A DNA stretch of 62,425 nt, counting the filler, from Basidioascus undulatus (lineage: Eukaryota): NCBI GenBank assembly GCA_000826855.1. It is 6 parts of 6 records of this genome, joined end to end, with 100 filler letters (N's around TTAATTAATTAA, not from the genome) between each part and the next. Parts side by side here need not be neighbours in the genome. Positions count along the whole stretch, not along the records: positions 7,012 to 13,921 come from JTLS01001656.1; positions 14,022 to 20,930 come from JTLS01001657.1; positions 21,031 to 27,933 come from JTLS01001658.1; 3 more parts are not named here. One strand, given 5' to 3'. This document shows positions 11,458 to 22,077 of this stretch, piece after piece. Made by a program: the position numbers and the translations under genes. Under the pieces are notes generated by a model. That model searched no databases, was not told the DNA's origin, and worked only from the letters and a program-made list of their open reading frames with translations. How positions within the stretch are numbered: the first letter of the stretch is position 1; each line of letters opens with the position of its first letter.

Positions 11458-11977
11458 ATGTCTTCCTCCACGCCCTCCGCTACGCTGAAAGCGGCCACGC
11501 CGCTCAAAACCAAGTCCGGAGCAGCAACCTCCCCAGCCTCCGCATCCCGAATGAAAACCAAACTCGACGGCGTGGGCGATATCAGCAGCCCGCACGAGCT
11601 CACCGCGTTCGTGTGTCGCCGACTCTGCAGCCCCATCACCCCATGTAGTCCAGGATTGACACTGTGCCGCGGGCCATGATCCAGGTGGAAACGCTCCTGA
11701 CCAATCTGGAAGCGCGGTTCGACGACATGTCCACGCAGGTCCTCGATCGAAGTGAGGCCTTCCTCTCCCCAGCCTACACCGCGCGCCGACGAAGCTCATC
11801 TCCCTGCCGGCAAAAGTGAACGAGATGTCCGACCGCGTCGACAACCTCGAAGCGTCCATACAGGACCTTATTTCCTCATCTGGTCCGGCGTCCGCTGGCG
11901 CATCACCAGGGCCGAAGTCGGCGTCGTTCCTGAAGGGTCTCCGGGAATCGCGGGACGGCGGGGAGGAGGCAGGATGA
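11458..11977 (+). CDS. HSBP1: Heat shock factor-binding protein 1 (HSBP1 family)
   Basis: Exons 11458-11610, 11685-11751 and 11817-11977 give ISSPHELTAFVETLLTNLEARFDDMSTQVLDRMNEMSDRVDNLEASIQDLI, the HSBP1 coiled-coil signature. Confidence 0.9.
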
Positions 11978-12878
11978 GGCGAGGCGGAGTTGTAAGAGAT
12001 GGGGAGGCATCAGAGGCCCGGTCGTACGTTTGATACCCCTTGCATTTCATTTGGATCCCGACAGGTTCTCGATGTGCACCTGGGGTGGGAAGGAAGACAT
12101 CGAGGCTGTCGCTCACCCTCATCGATCACATCTTTCTTTCGTTGTCGCTCATCCTACTTTCGTCGAGACATCACATTCGCTCGGATTGACAAGTGAGCAC
12201 ACTTACCTGCTTGTGGTTAGTGTCATCGTTCGGGAATCCCGCGGAACTGGCTGATCGCATGGCAGGCTATCGCCCTACAGTCTCGAGGAGACTGACCTCC
12301 CCCTCATGGGTGGACTCATCCCTTTGCACGCCCATTCATGCGCTTTCCTGCCCTCGATTGAACGGTCACACACCGGCACTTTTGCGGCTCTCTTCCGCTT
12401 GTCGCCTCGCACGCCCACGAGCCTGACGAAGGATCTCGGTTCCTTGGTCCTGGGGACCGCCTTCCTTTCTGCAATAGCTGGGATATAAGGGATATATATA
12501 TACCCTAGCCTGGATTCGAATCTGGTGTTGCGTGTGCAGCTTGCGACTGGCCCCTTTGTCCTCGGCTGACATATCAGGGCTCGACTGGAGGGGTTCGATC
12601 AATGGGCCTGGCCTGCCCTATCGGGAGAGACCTCATCGGGCGGTGGTACTTCACTCTACAGTCTCCCCTCGGGACGCTGCGGCCGCCGCTGCTTCCCGCA
12701 GAAAGATTCTTACTCTGTGCAAGGTGCGATCCCCGGAATGGGGTCCGGCTGACGGTTGCGCAATCCGCCTCCGCCTCCCGCGTGCCCCAGGACCAGCTTC
12801 AAGGAATATTGCGCAACAACATGCAATGCTGACCAAGACCTGGTTGTAGCTTGACGTCCTCTCAATGCGCGCAGGATT

Positions 12879-13921
12879 GACAACCTCGGTCGTCGGATGA
12901 TCCTCATGATTGGTGCTGCCGGTGGCGCTGTCGCTATCTTCTACGTCGGAGGTGCGCGCTTTTATTAATTGTCAGATTAATCACTTCTTGTATTCTTATT
13001 GCCCCTCGCCCTCCCTCCTCCCCTTCCCTGTATTGCCTCTCGCCCTCCCTCCCCCCCAGGTTACATCGCCATTGCCAACCCCCAGCCCTCTGCGGACGCG
13101 GATATTACGCCAGGCGGGATCAGCGCTATGTGTTTCTTCTACATCTGGACCGTCTTCTACGCCGCCACCTGGAATGGAACCCCCTGGGTCATCGGCGCCG
13201 AGATCTTCCCCCAGAACGTCCGCACGCTCACTCAGTGCGTCCCTCCTCTCCTACCTCGGCTTGAGCGCCATGAACACCTCCGCTGACACTCTTGATGTTC
13301 TTTTTGCCCAGAGCGCTCATGGGTGCGTTCCCCTTCCTACCTCCTACCTCCTACCTCCCACACCCCTCCTACCTCGCCCCGAACGCTCCGAACGCCCCCG
13401 CTGACCCTCCTGACGTTTGTTTACATAATCCAGCTGCCAATAACTGGTTCTGGAACTTCTTGATTGCTCGTACGTCTGAAAAGAGAGAGAGAGAGAGAGA
13501 GGGAGTGTGAAGGAGGCTAACCTCGCACCTTTCCCCGACCTCACAGGCTTCACGCCCCATGTAGATCATTTTCTGATCATCTTCTGATCATCCCATACTG
13601 ACTCTTGTGCTACTTCGCGAGATGTTCACGGATATGGGGTACGGTGTCTACATCTTCTTCGGCTGCATGATGATCATTGCGGTGGTCTTCGTGTTCTTCT
13701 TCCTCCCCGAGACCAAGGTAAGCGTGTTTCTGCGCCAGCATCCGCCTTGCAGTCACTGACCTTTGTCCACCTCTCCTTCAGGGTATCCCTATGGAGGAGA
13801 TGGACCGTCTCTTCGACGGCGGCCTGAAGCCCTGGAAGGCGCACGGCATCGTCTGGCCCGAGATCCAGCGCGAGCGTGCGGCGATGCAACACAACTTCGA
13901 TCTCGGCTCGAAGGGCGCCTC
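12879..13921 (+). CDS. qutD: Quinate permease-like MFS sugar porter, C-terminal third with no upstream exons
   Basis: DNLGRRMILMIGA...FFYIWTVFYAATWNGTPWVIGAEIFPQNVRTL...ANNWFWNFLIARFTP...YGVYIFFG...FFLPETKGIPMEEMDRLF. The first 85 nt are the exact reverse complement of 7012-7096. Confidence 0.85.
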
Positions 13922-14021
13922 NNNNNNNNNNNNNNNNNNNNNNNNNNNNNNNNNNNNNNNNNNNNTTAATTAATTAANNNNNNNNNNNNNNNNNNNNNNN
14001 NNNNNNNNNNNNNNNNNNNNN
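13922..14021. other. Artificial contig linker
   Basis: N44-TTAATTAATTAA-N44. Confidence 0.98.
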
Positions 14022-14076
14022 AAGAAACAGAAGACAAGAACGAGGGGCGGGGGGTGGGGAGGGGGGGAAGACGCAC

Positions 14077-16130
14077 CTTATTGAGGCACACGAGCACGTG
14101 GCTCATATCGAGCACGGGGTTGCCCTGCTCGTCGACCTGGTGGAAGACATAGTCCCGGAAGAGCTTGACGATGTACCGGTCGCCCGTCTCGCTCCAGCGC
14201 GGGTCGTGGTCGAACCTATCCCCCAGCCGCGCACTAATCAGTCTCCATCCCTTGCCTTCCTCCTTCCCTCCCTCGCATCGTAAAAAGATGAATTACTCAC
14301 TCCGCGCGCTCATTCACAAACCCAAACTTGCACATCAACCTGACCAAGCGCCCATTCTCGAGCTCCCTGCCCAGCTCCGCCTCCAACCGATCCGCGGAGC
14401 CCATCGCGCTGGCAAGTTCCTCCGCGGCCCTCGCGCCACCCGCGACGCGCCAGACCTCGTCGACGGACTTTGACGCGGACGGCTTGGCGAGAAGATAGAG
14501 GACGGTGTTCTTGAGGTCGGGCGAGTACTGGCGCGCGAGGTACTCGATTGCTTTGGGGAGGGTTTGCGGGGCGGCGGGGTTGTTCAGGGCGAGCGAGAGG
14601 AGGAGGGAGCCGAGGGAGAGGAGGTCGTCTTGCTGTTGAATGGGGAGCGCGAGGGTGTGAGCGACCGACGGAGAGTGCCGGGAACAAGAGGAAGGCAGGA
14701 GGGAAGGGAGAGAGGGAGGGGAGGGAAAGGCGGACCTGTTGCGCATGGACATTCGCAAAGTTATCAAAAGCAATGACGTCCATCGCCCCGCAGAGGTTGA
14801 TCCGCAGCCTATTCTTCCCCGTAACCAGCACGCGGCCGGCGTCGAGCCCGCGGACGGCCAGGCCCGCATGGTGGACGGCCTGGAGCGCGCCGGCGAGCTG
14901 GAAGACGTAGGACCAGAGGAGGCGTTCCGGGATGGGGGGCGGGCTCGGGTTCGCGGGCGTCGGTAAGTGGAGGTTTGCCAGCGGCGTGGAGAGCGGGTGG
15001 AAGGCGTATACGAGGATGAGGGCTGCGGGAAGGAGGGGTGAGGGAGTTGGGGGAGGGTGATGGGGGAGAGGGGGACGGACATGCGTCGGAGAAGGCGCGC
15101 GTCGAGAAGGCTTCGTGCAGGTGCACGATTGAGGGATGTCGGATTCGCCGCCACTTGTCGACGGCTGAGAGGGGCTCTTGGGACTGCAGGCGGAATCCTT
15201 TCCCCCGCCCCAGCAGCACGTCCATCAGCTTCCTCTCCCCTCCCCCTCTCCGCCTTCCATCAACTCACCCTCCACCCTCCGCAAGCACCACCTCCCCCCG
15301 TCTCTCTCACTCGTCGCGCGATACGCCCAACTCGGCCATCCTCCAACGCCGCGCCCAGGGCCAGACCCATCATCGAGCGGGTACAGCTCGCGATAAACGT
15401 GCACCTGCTCAGGGAGGCGCAGGCCGGGGGGTGGGCTCCGCAGCGTCGCCTCGTGCCGCTCCGTGAGCGTCTGGTGCAGCAGAGGCGGGATGAAGAAGTT
15501 TTGGAGCGTCGGCTGGGACGGGTAGGCCGACGAGTGTGGAGGCGCGGGCGGCACGTAGAGGTGGTATTGCAATGGCTGCTGGTGGAACGTTGGGGGCGGG
15601 AGGTAGTACGCGTCGTGCTGGGAGGGATCCGGCGGGTAGGCGGACGGGTCGTGCTGTTTTCCCCCTTCGCCAATCAGAAACCCCTTTTCGTCTTCTTCTG
15701 GACACGGCAATGCACCGCTCACCATGCTCATCTCCTCAAAACCCTCCACCACGCCCTCCGGCCCCACGCCAACTCCCACCCCCGCACCCGCCGCCCACCC
15801 TGCCTCCTCCTCGCCCACCCACTGGGGCTCGAGCTCCTGTTGTCCTTGTACAGCCGGACTAGCCTGCGCGCTCCTAGGTACGAACGCGGCTGCGTTGGGC
15901 GTGAGGGCGGGTGCGGGGCTGGTGGGGGTGGAGGGGACGAATGCGGGTGTGGTGGGCTTGAATGTCGGCGCCTTTGCGGTCAGGCGCGGGGAGCCCTTGG
16001 GCGTCGAGGGCGAGCTGGCGGTCGCTGCTGCGGCTGGGATCGCGGTGCGGAGGGCGGGGGTGGGCTTCGGGGAGGACTGCGCGTCGGAGGGGGCGACTAT
16101 GGGGATCGCGCGCGAGAGGGGAGGGGGCAT
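14077..16130 (-). CDS. PAN3: PAN2-PAN3 deadenylase subunit Pan3 (last exon(s) beyond the contig end)
   Basis: LQYHLY, WRRIRHPSIVHLHEAFSTRAF, LVTGKNRLRIN, ELENGRLVRLMCKFGFVNERAE|FDHDPRWSETGDRYIVKLFRDYVFHQVDEQGNPVLDMSHVLVCLNK. The start at 16130 (MPPPLSRAIPIV) is inferred. Confidence 0.95.
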
Positions 16131-16889
16131 AGCGCGGGCTGTGGGAGAGTATCCAATCATATTCCTCAGCATACTTCAGATTCTGACGCGTAAAATGAAC
16201 AGAGAACCGCGTACGTCCAGCTTGCTCCGCGCAGAAAAGGAAGGGGGAAGGAGGGGAAGGCGAGCGAGGAGGACCAGCAGTCGCTCTGCGCCGATCAAGC
16301 CGCCCTGCCCACCGCGTCAGTGGATCACGCTGAATTGTTTACTACAGGGACTGCTGCTAACACCTCAAAATATAGACACGAAAGCGGTCGTGACGCGGTT
16401 ATGGATGGAGAGGGTGAACGCGATGCCCATCGATCAACTCCACGCGCTGAGCGGGTTAGGTTCGCCGTGTCCGTGGTAAGTCGCGGAAAGTCCTGCCCAG
16501 CGGTAGTTGCACACAGGAAAGGCTCTTCATAGGTGAGGCACAGGAGAAACAGTTGGGAGAAGAATACGTGAATATGTAAAGTTTTGAAAACCATCCTCAG
16601 GGCATAGATTCGCGGGCGAGAGCAAGAGGTCGGACGAGCGTAATGGTCCTTCCAGGCTGCGACATGATTCATAGCCAGGCATGACATGGCAAGCGTTACC
16701 AGTTCCTAACCGAAAGGATCAAGATAAGACCACGACAACAAGACCATTCTGGTCAAAATCAGTCTGCACTTCAGCCGGATAACACCACCAAACCCTTCAG
16801 ACTGTACCGTGTGTCCGTAGCTTCAAATCTCATAATGCACTGCGATGACTGGTATGGGTTGAGAGCTACTTGTGGTCATCCGCTACACA

Positions 16890-18800
16890 CCTTTGAAAGA
16901 AATTTATGTCAACCAGTATGTCTGCCGGCAAATCCATGGTGGACATGTCCACATAACTGACATGTCCAGTGGGAATTGCCATGTTCACTGGCATGTCCAC
17001 TAAGCTGTCCACTGAGATATTGGCTGCCATGTCTGCTGGGAAGTCCACTGGCATGTCCATTGGCATGTCAACTGAGCTGCCCACATAGCTGTTGGCCACC
17101 ACATGTACTGACATGTCCAACTGAGATGTCATGGGCATGTCAACCTGCATGTTGTCCGGGACGTCAACTATGATGTCAACCGGGATGTTGACTGGGATGT
17201 CCACCATGAGTCGACTGGGATGTCCACCAGGATGTCCACCAGGATGTCAACTGGGATGTCAACTGGAATGTTGACTGAGGACTGGGACATCAATGGAGAA
17301 GTCCAGTGGGATGTCGACCAACATGTCCCCTGGAATATCCACTTAAATCATAGGCCATCCACTGCCACAATGGTGCAATCAAGACATGCAACCTTCATGT
17401 CAGACCACTGCACAAGGACCACAATGTCATGCTCAACCAGATCTGCAACAGAGCAGGTGTGACTGCATGGCAGAGGAGCACCAGACCATTGAATGCAGTG
17501 ACATGGACACGCTAAACGTGGTGACTGGGGTACCTTGTCCTGACCATGTTCCTGCCTGGTGACCCCAACAGTCAGCAGGTCCATGAGCCCCACATGGTAG
17601 TGAGTGCTCACCTCACCCACACCAATTTTGTCATTGCTACATGCCTCTCCAACCAGGGCTGGAACTACAATATCCCCTGGATCAGCACCTGGGTCACCCT
17701 TGTTGCATCCAGGACACACTCAACTGACAGGCAATCAGTGACCCTTGCCTTGCCCCAATGCCTGCCTGGAAACCCTCCCCTGTCATGCCAGCCTACAGCA
17801 CCAGCAAGGACACTTTTCTGTCTGGGACACTATTATTTCTGGGACAGATTTCTGTGGAGGACACTTTTCTGTCATAGGACAAAATTCTGTCTGCAACACC
17901 TTTCACCAGGATGCCTACTGGGATGTCAGCTGAGATGAATGTCCACTGAAATGTTGAGTGGGATGTTGACTGGGATATCAACTGGGATGTCCACAGTCAC
18001 TATAATGGCAGGGCCTTGCCGGCACACTAAAGACAGCTGCATACCGGTGCCAGTGTACTGTTGCTTTTGCTTACCCATGTGCAATTGGGCTCCAGTCATG
18101 CTGACATTAGCTGTTCCTTCCACAACAGTATTGCTCAAGTACATATCACCACTGGCTCAATTCCATCAAGACAGACGGCAATGTCTTGAGTGCCGTTAGA
18201 ACCAGATGCTTGCAGTTTCTGTCTGAAGTTTGCTGGTTTCGCCGTACATGCAGCAGCATCTGTGCAACTCATATGGACATGCACCGGCAGCTGCCCAGTT
18301 CATATGGATAGATGCCATAGTGGTACAGCCAATCATATTGGATGTATTGTTGTGTGCTGTAGTTCTATGGCCAATCAAAATGCACACATTTGTGCAGAAT
18401 GTAGGAGTCACAACGAGGCAAGACATGTGGGGCTGTGCATATGGATGGTTGGATGGTGGCACAGCGTACCACTCCTGAGATGGAATGACACATCCAGCTC
18501 ACCTTCCAGACAGTAGCAAGTATAGGGGCAATGAGGATTGACGGCCAGTGTGCAATATCCTGCAGGCAGGGTCAAGCACAAGTCTGAGTCCAGGCAATGG
18601 CAAACAGGGGTGATGGCAACAAGGGAAGGGGCGTTGGAGAGCATGCAGGGGAAGCCATCCAAGGGCACAATGTAAGTGGTGTAGGTCGGTGAGTTCACCA
18701 GAGATAAAGGGCGTGATTGAGAGCTGGAGGGGGAGGGCGCAGGCATGTGTGATGGAGCATGTAAGAGGGTGAGTGACAGGACAGCTGACCTTTAAGTCCA
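16890..18800. mobile_element. CpG-depleted repeat or transposon relic with degenerate 12-nt tandem arrays
   Basis: Arrays of units such as GGGATGTCAACT, GGGATGTTGACT, GGATGTCGACC and GGCATGTCCACT at about 16905-17335 and 17909-17994. GGACACTTTTCTGTC is repeated within 17808-17891. The region is visibly TG/CA-rich and CG-poor relative to flanking genes. No transposase or termini identified; boundaries are approximate. Confidence 0.5.
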
Positions 18801-20671
18801 TAGGGTACCGCCTACCCTAATCTTCTCCCTTGATTCTCCCTGCCTAACTTACCCTCCGAGCATCCATGAGCACTGCTTTCAATGCAGCCAGGTCCATTGC
18901 TCGATCCCCGTGCGCCAAGCGAGCCAGTTTCAAGCACACACAGTTTCCACTTTTCACCAACCACAGCCTGAGCGGAAACCCCCAAGAGTGAGCGTGCACA
19001 ACGACTAGTCCACTGAATTGACCACTGCTGATCACTGTTGTATTCTACAATTTTTATTGTTTTATGAAAGTCCCTCGACTCTGTCGTATGCTTCAAGCGC
19101 AGTATGTCGATCCGGGTCCTGAAAGCTTTATGTGCAAATACATATATTGAATCTCCATTTGGCTCAAAAGGGCGCGAACTCGATACCGGCCTGAAAGTGT
19201 TGCAACGTCTACGTCTACGGTCCGGAGCAAGCACAAGTTTCAGCTCTTGTGTTGACTTCTGAAGGCCTTTCGAAAAGTGTACGTACTTATTTCACACTCT
19301 AGAAAAGTACCATCAAGCGTTGTGCCGGGTCTCTGGCGCGGTCTATGCCTCGATAGCAATGTCTGTTCCCATGCTAGGCGGGACTGACCATCTTCGGCCG
19401 CAGCACTGAAAACTCGCGTGGGAGGCGAAAGGAGAATGGCATTGCCAATATCTGGTGTGGATATTTGGGTTTGGGGCGATCAAACTTCCAAGAACATGTC
19501 GAGCGCCAGCGCAATAAGACCGGCATGGAGAGAGAGAGACAAATCTTTAAGGTGTCGGTAGCTTCACATCCGAAAGGAGGACACATAACCGGGAGGCAAG
19601 ATTGCGCATGGGCCACGCACGAGAGTTTGATACGCTATTAGGCGACAGCCATCTTCAAGTAGATTGGATGAGGCAGACGAACCGCCCAGAGGAACGAGAG
19701 AAGAGGCGACGTTACAGACCAACTGAAGCCGTTCAGCCAGAGGGGAGCTGGGCTACCGTTAAGGCGATATGAAGAGAGGTGCAGTATTACACCAGCCCAA
19801 AACTTGTGGTTGCTCTGATGAGCATGAGCGAAGTGCTGATGCACAGCAAGAGAGAGAGCTCGACTGAGTTAAGTGGTTGCTGGCCCCTGTCGCTGGACAG
19901 TGAGAACACAGGATCTGCACAAGGCACCGTCCCTTACATAGAAAGTGAAAAGCATCGACAACTACCCATAGCAATGGGGTATACAAAGTTTTAGTCGAGC
20001 CGGGAATATGATCCCAAATTGCTGGCAGTGGATGCAGCATGGCGGTGAGGATCCAGGTAGGACTCGACCTCGGCACGCTGTTTGGCTCAAGAGGTATGAG
20101 CGGAGAGATTATTTAAAAAAACGCTCAAAGCCTTTAGCGCCACCCCAACAAGACAAGCAGCGCGCATCATTTGCAGTCGCTGCGGGTACCAGAGACGAGG
20201 GCGTCGATGCAGCTGCAGGCGTATCCGAGGGGCGAGGGGGAGGGTTCCACTCCTCTGAGGCCAGCATCGAAGGACTATTTCTCCTACAACACCAGTTGCG
20301 CAGCTTGCCGGTAACATCCATGGGAGCAGGAGGGGAGGGGAGGAGCTCAAGGTGACCGCGAGCTGGCAGTTTTCCGTTCGCGTCGACACCGTGACCTCCG
20401 CGAGTTTGGTCCTCACCGTGGAGTGTCTGTCGAAAACGCAAAACTTAGAGGTTCAGAAACATTGAAACACCAGTTGCGGGTCAAGAGCGAAAAAGTTGAA
20501 ATTGAGCGTACCTTCCTTTGCAACGCGACACCCGAAAGTCGAAACGCGAGGCGTTCTGACGCGTCTTCCTACTCCCCTTCGCTCTCCTCTCTCCCTGTAT
20601 CTCTCTCTCTCTCTCTTACCTCCTTTTAACCTTCCCTCGCGCTCCCTCCTCTTCTCCTCCTCCTCCTCACC

Positions 20672-20930
20672 ATGTCTCCCTTCCCCTCGCGCCCCACGCG
20701 CTCCTCCAAGCCCAAGCCCAACCCCGTGCGCACCCCGAAGCGCATCCCGAAGCGCACCGTCGACATCGGGGGGCGCGCCCTCCCCCTGACGCAGGAGATG
20801 CTCGACACGTTCTTTCGCTTCATGGGCGAACGGCATGTGGTTCATGTGCGCCGGCTTGCGGAGGAGGCGGCGCCGTGGACGATGCGTCGGTCTCGCTCTC
20901 CTGCATGGGTCTGGCGGGAGACTGAGACGT
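20672..20930 (+). CDS. N-terminus of an aGPT-Pplase1 / 5-hmdU DNA kinase helical domain (amino acid:DNA transferase-like) protein, truncated by the contig end
   Basis: LDTFFRFMGERHVVHVRRLAEEAAPWT fits the recalled family start F-x-x-x-x-ERH-x-x-x-x-RR-x-x-x-x-x-x-PWT. The downstream DPIL...FTNV.R motif is not visible. Confidence 0.55.
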
Positions 20931-21030
20931 NNNNNNNNNNNNNNNNNNNNNNNNNNNNNNNNNNNNNNNNNNNNTTAATTAATTAANNNNNNNNNNNNNN
21001 NNNNNNNNNNNNNNNNNNNNNNNNNNNNNN
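20931..21030. other. Artificial contig linker
   Basis: N44-TTAATTAATTAA-N44. Confidence 0.98.
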
Positions 21031-21064
21031 ATGCCTGAGCCAAGAGATCCGTTGTTGAAAGTTT
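21031..21064 (-). rRNA. Fragment of the 5' end of 5.8S rRNA, abutting the GT90 exon
   Basis: The minus strand reads AAACTTTCAACAACGGATCTCTTGGCTCAGGCAT, the conserved fungal 5.8S start. Confidence 0.85.
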
Positions 21065-21070
21065 TATAGG

Positions 21071-21496
21071 GGTTGTACTCGTCGACCATGACGTGGTTCG
21101 CATTCTGCGCAAACTCCCACCACTTGTCGATCCCCTCGGGCGGGGGGCGGCCGTAGCGGCGCTTGTACCTGGAAACAGTGGGCTTGTTCAGCGGATAGAG
21201 AAACCAAGACTGGAGAGGGGGGGACGGGGGAGAGAGAACACGCACTCCTTCACGAACGCCGGAAAGGTCTTTGACTGCCTCGCGACCTTTGCCTCAAAGC
21301 GCGCCTGCGCCTGGGCCATGAGCACGGGGATGGGGTGCTCAATGTCTGCATTTGAGAATGCGGAGAGGAGGGAGCCGTGAATAGGCGGGAGGAAGGAGCC
21401 GCCGAGGAAGAGGACGCGGAGGACGTGCAGGCCGAGCACGCCTGCGACGATCGCTACCATGAGTTTGACCCGCGGGGACATCGCCGGGGTCGACAT
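21071..21496 (-). CDS. Glycosyltransferase family 90 (Cap10/Cxt1-like), N-terminal part
   Basis: Type II membrane anchor followed by HPIPVLMAQAQARFEAKVARQSKTFPAFVKE|YKRRYGRPPPEGIDKWWEFA...VDEY, the typical fungal GT90 N-terminal motif. Confidence 0.85.
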
Positions 21497-22077
21497 AGCG
21501 GCGGAAGGGGGTGGTACACCGGGGTCGGTGTGGATCTGCGCAGAGGAGAATACGAGAAGAGAGCGAGAAGAGAAGGCGGTGGGTGGAAAGCAAGAGACTG
21601 CAGGCGCCAGGCGGACAGGCACACATGCGCCGAGCCCTGAACTGCCTTCGCGCGTCGAGCGCTCGCTGAGACTCGAACCTCGACGTCGCCCTTGACATCG
21701 ACCTTCGCTCGCTGCATACCCATCCTCGCATTGTTCAAAGCGGACTTGGGAATCACACATACCCCTGGCATTTGCGCTGGAAGGGATACCGTAGAAGTGG
21801 GATTCATCGGGCAGGTCGTCGTTAGGTGAGTGGCATCCTGGATCTGAGCAGGCGAGACGCGTGAGACCGGGACGAGGGAGATGGGAGATGGACGATATAT
21901 TGGACTTGGAGCAATAGGGCAGGTGGGGGACTGGTCCTATTCTGCTTTAATACGCGATGGCATGGTATATTCGGGTGAGCGGGACACTCAAAGCGACTGC
22001 CTCAAGTCCACCATCGCGCACTCACGCACACCCCTTCCCACCCCTCCAACCACTGACACCCCTCCCGCCTCCCAGTC

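Noticed and set aside
16866..17207. VDMP/VDIP repeat ORF as a real protein, or the array as CRISPR-like
   Set aside because: The periodicity comes from a degenerate 12-nt DNA repeat with CpG decay. There are no spacers and the context is eukaryotic.
19374..20441. Short ORFs upstream of the aGPT-Pplase1-like gene as pathway partners
   Set aside because: Frequent stops, and no kinase or other recognisable domain.
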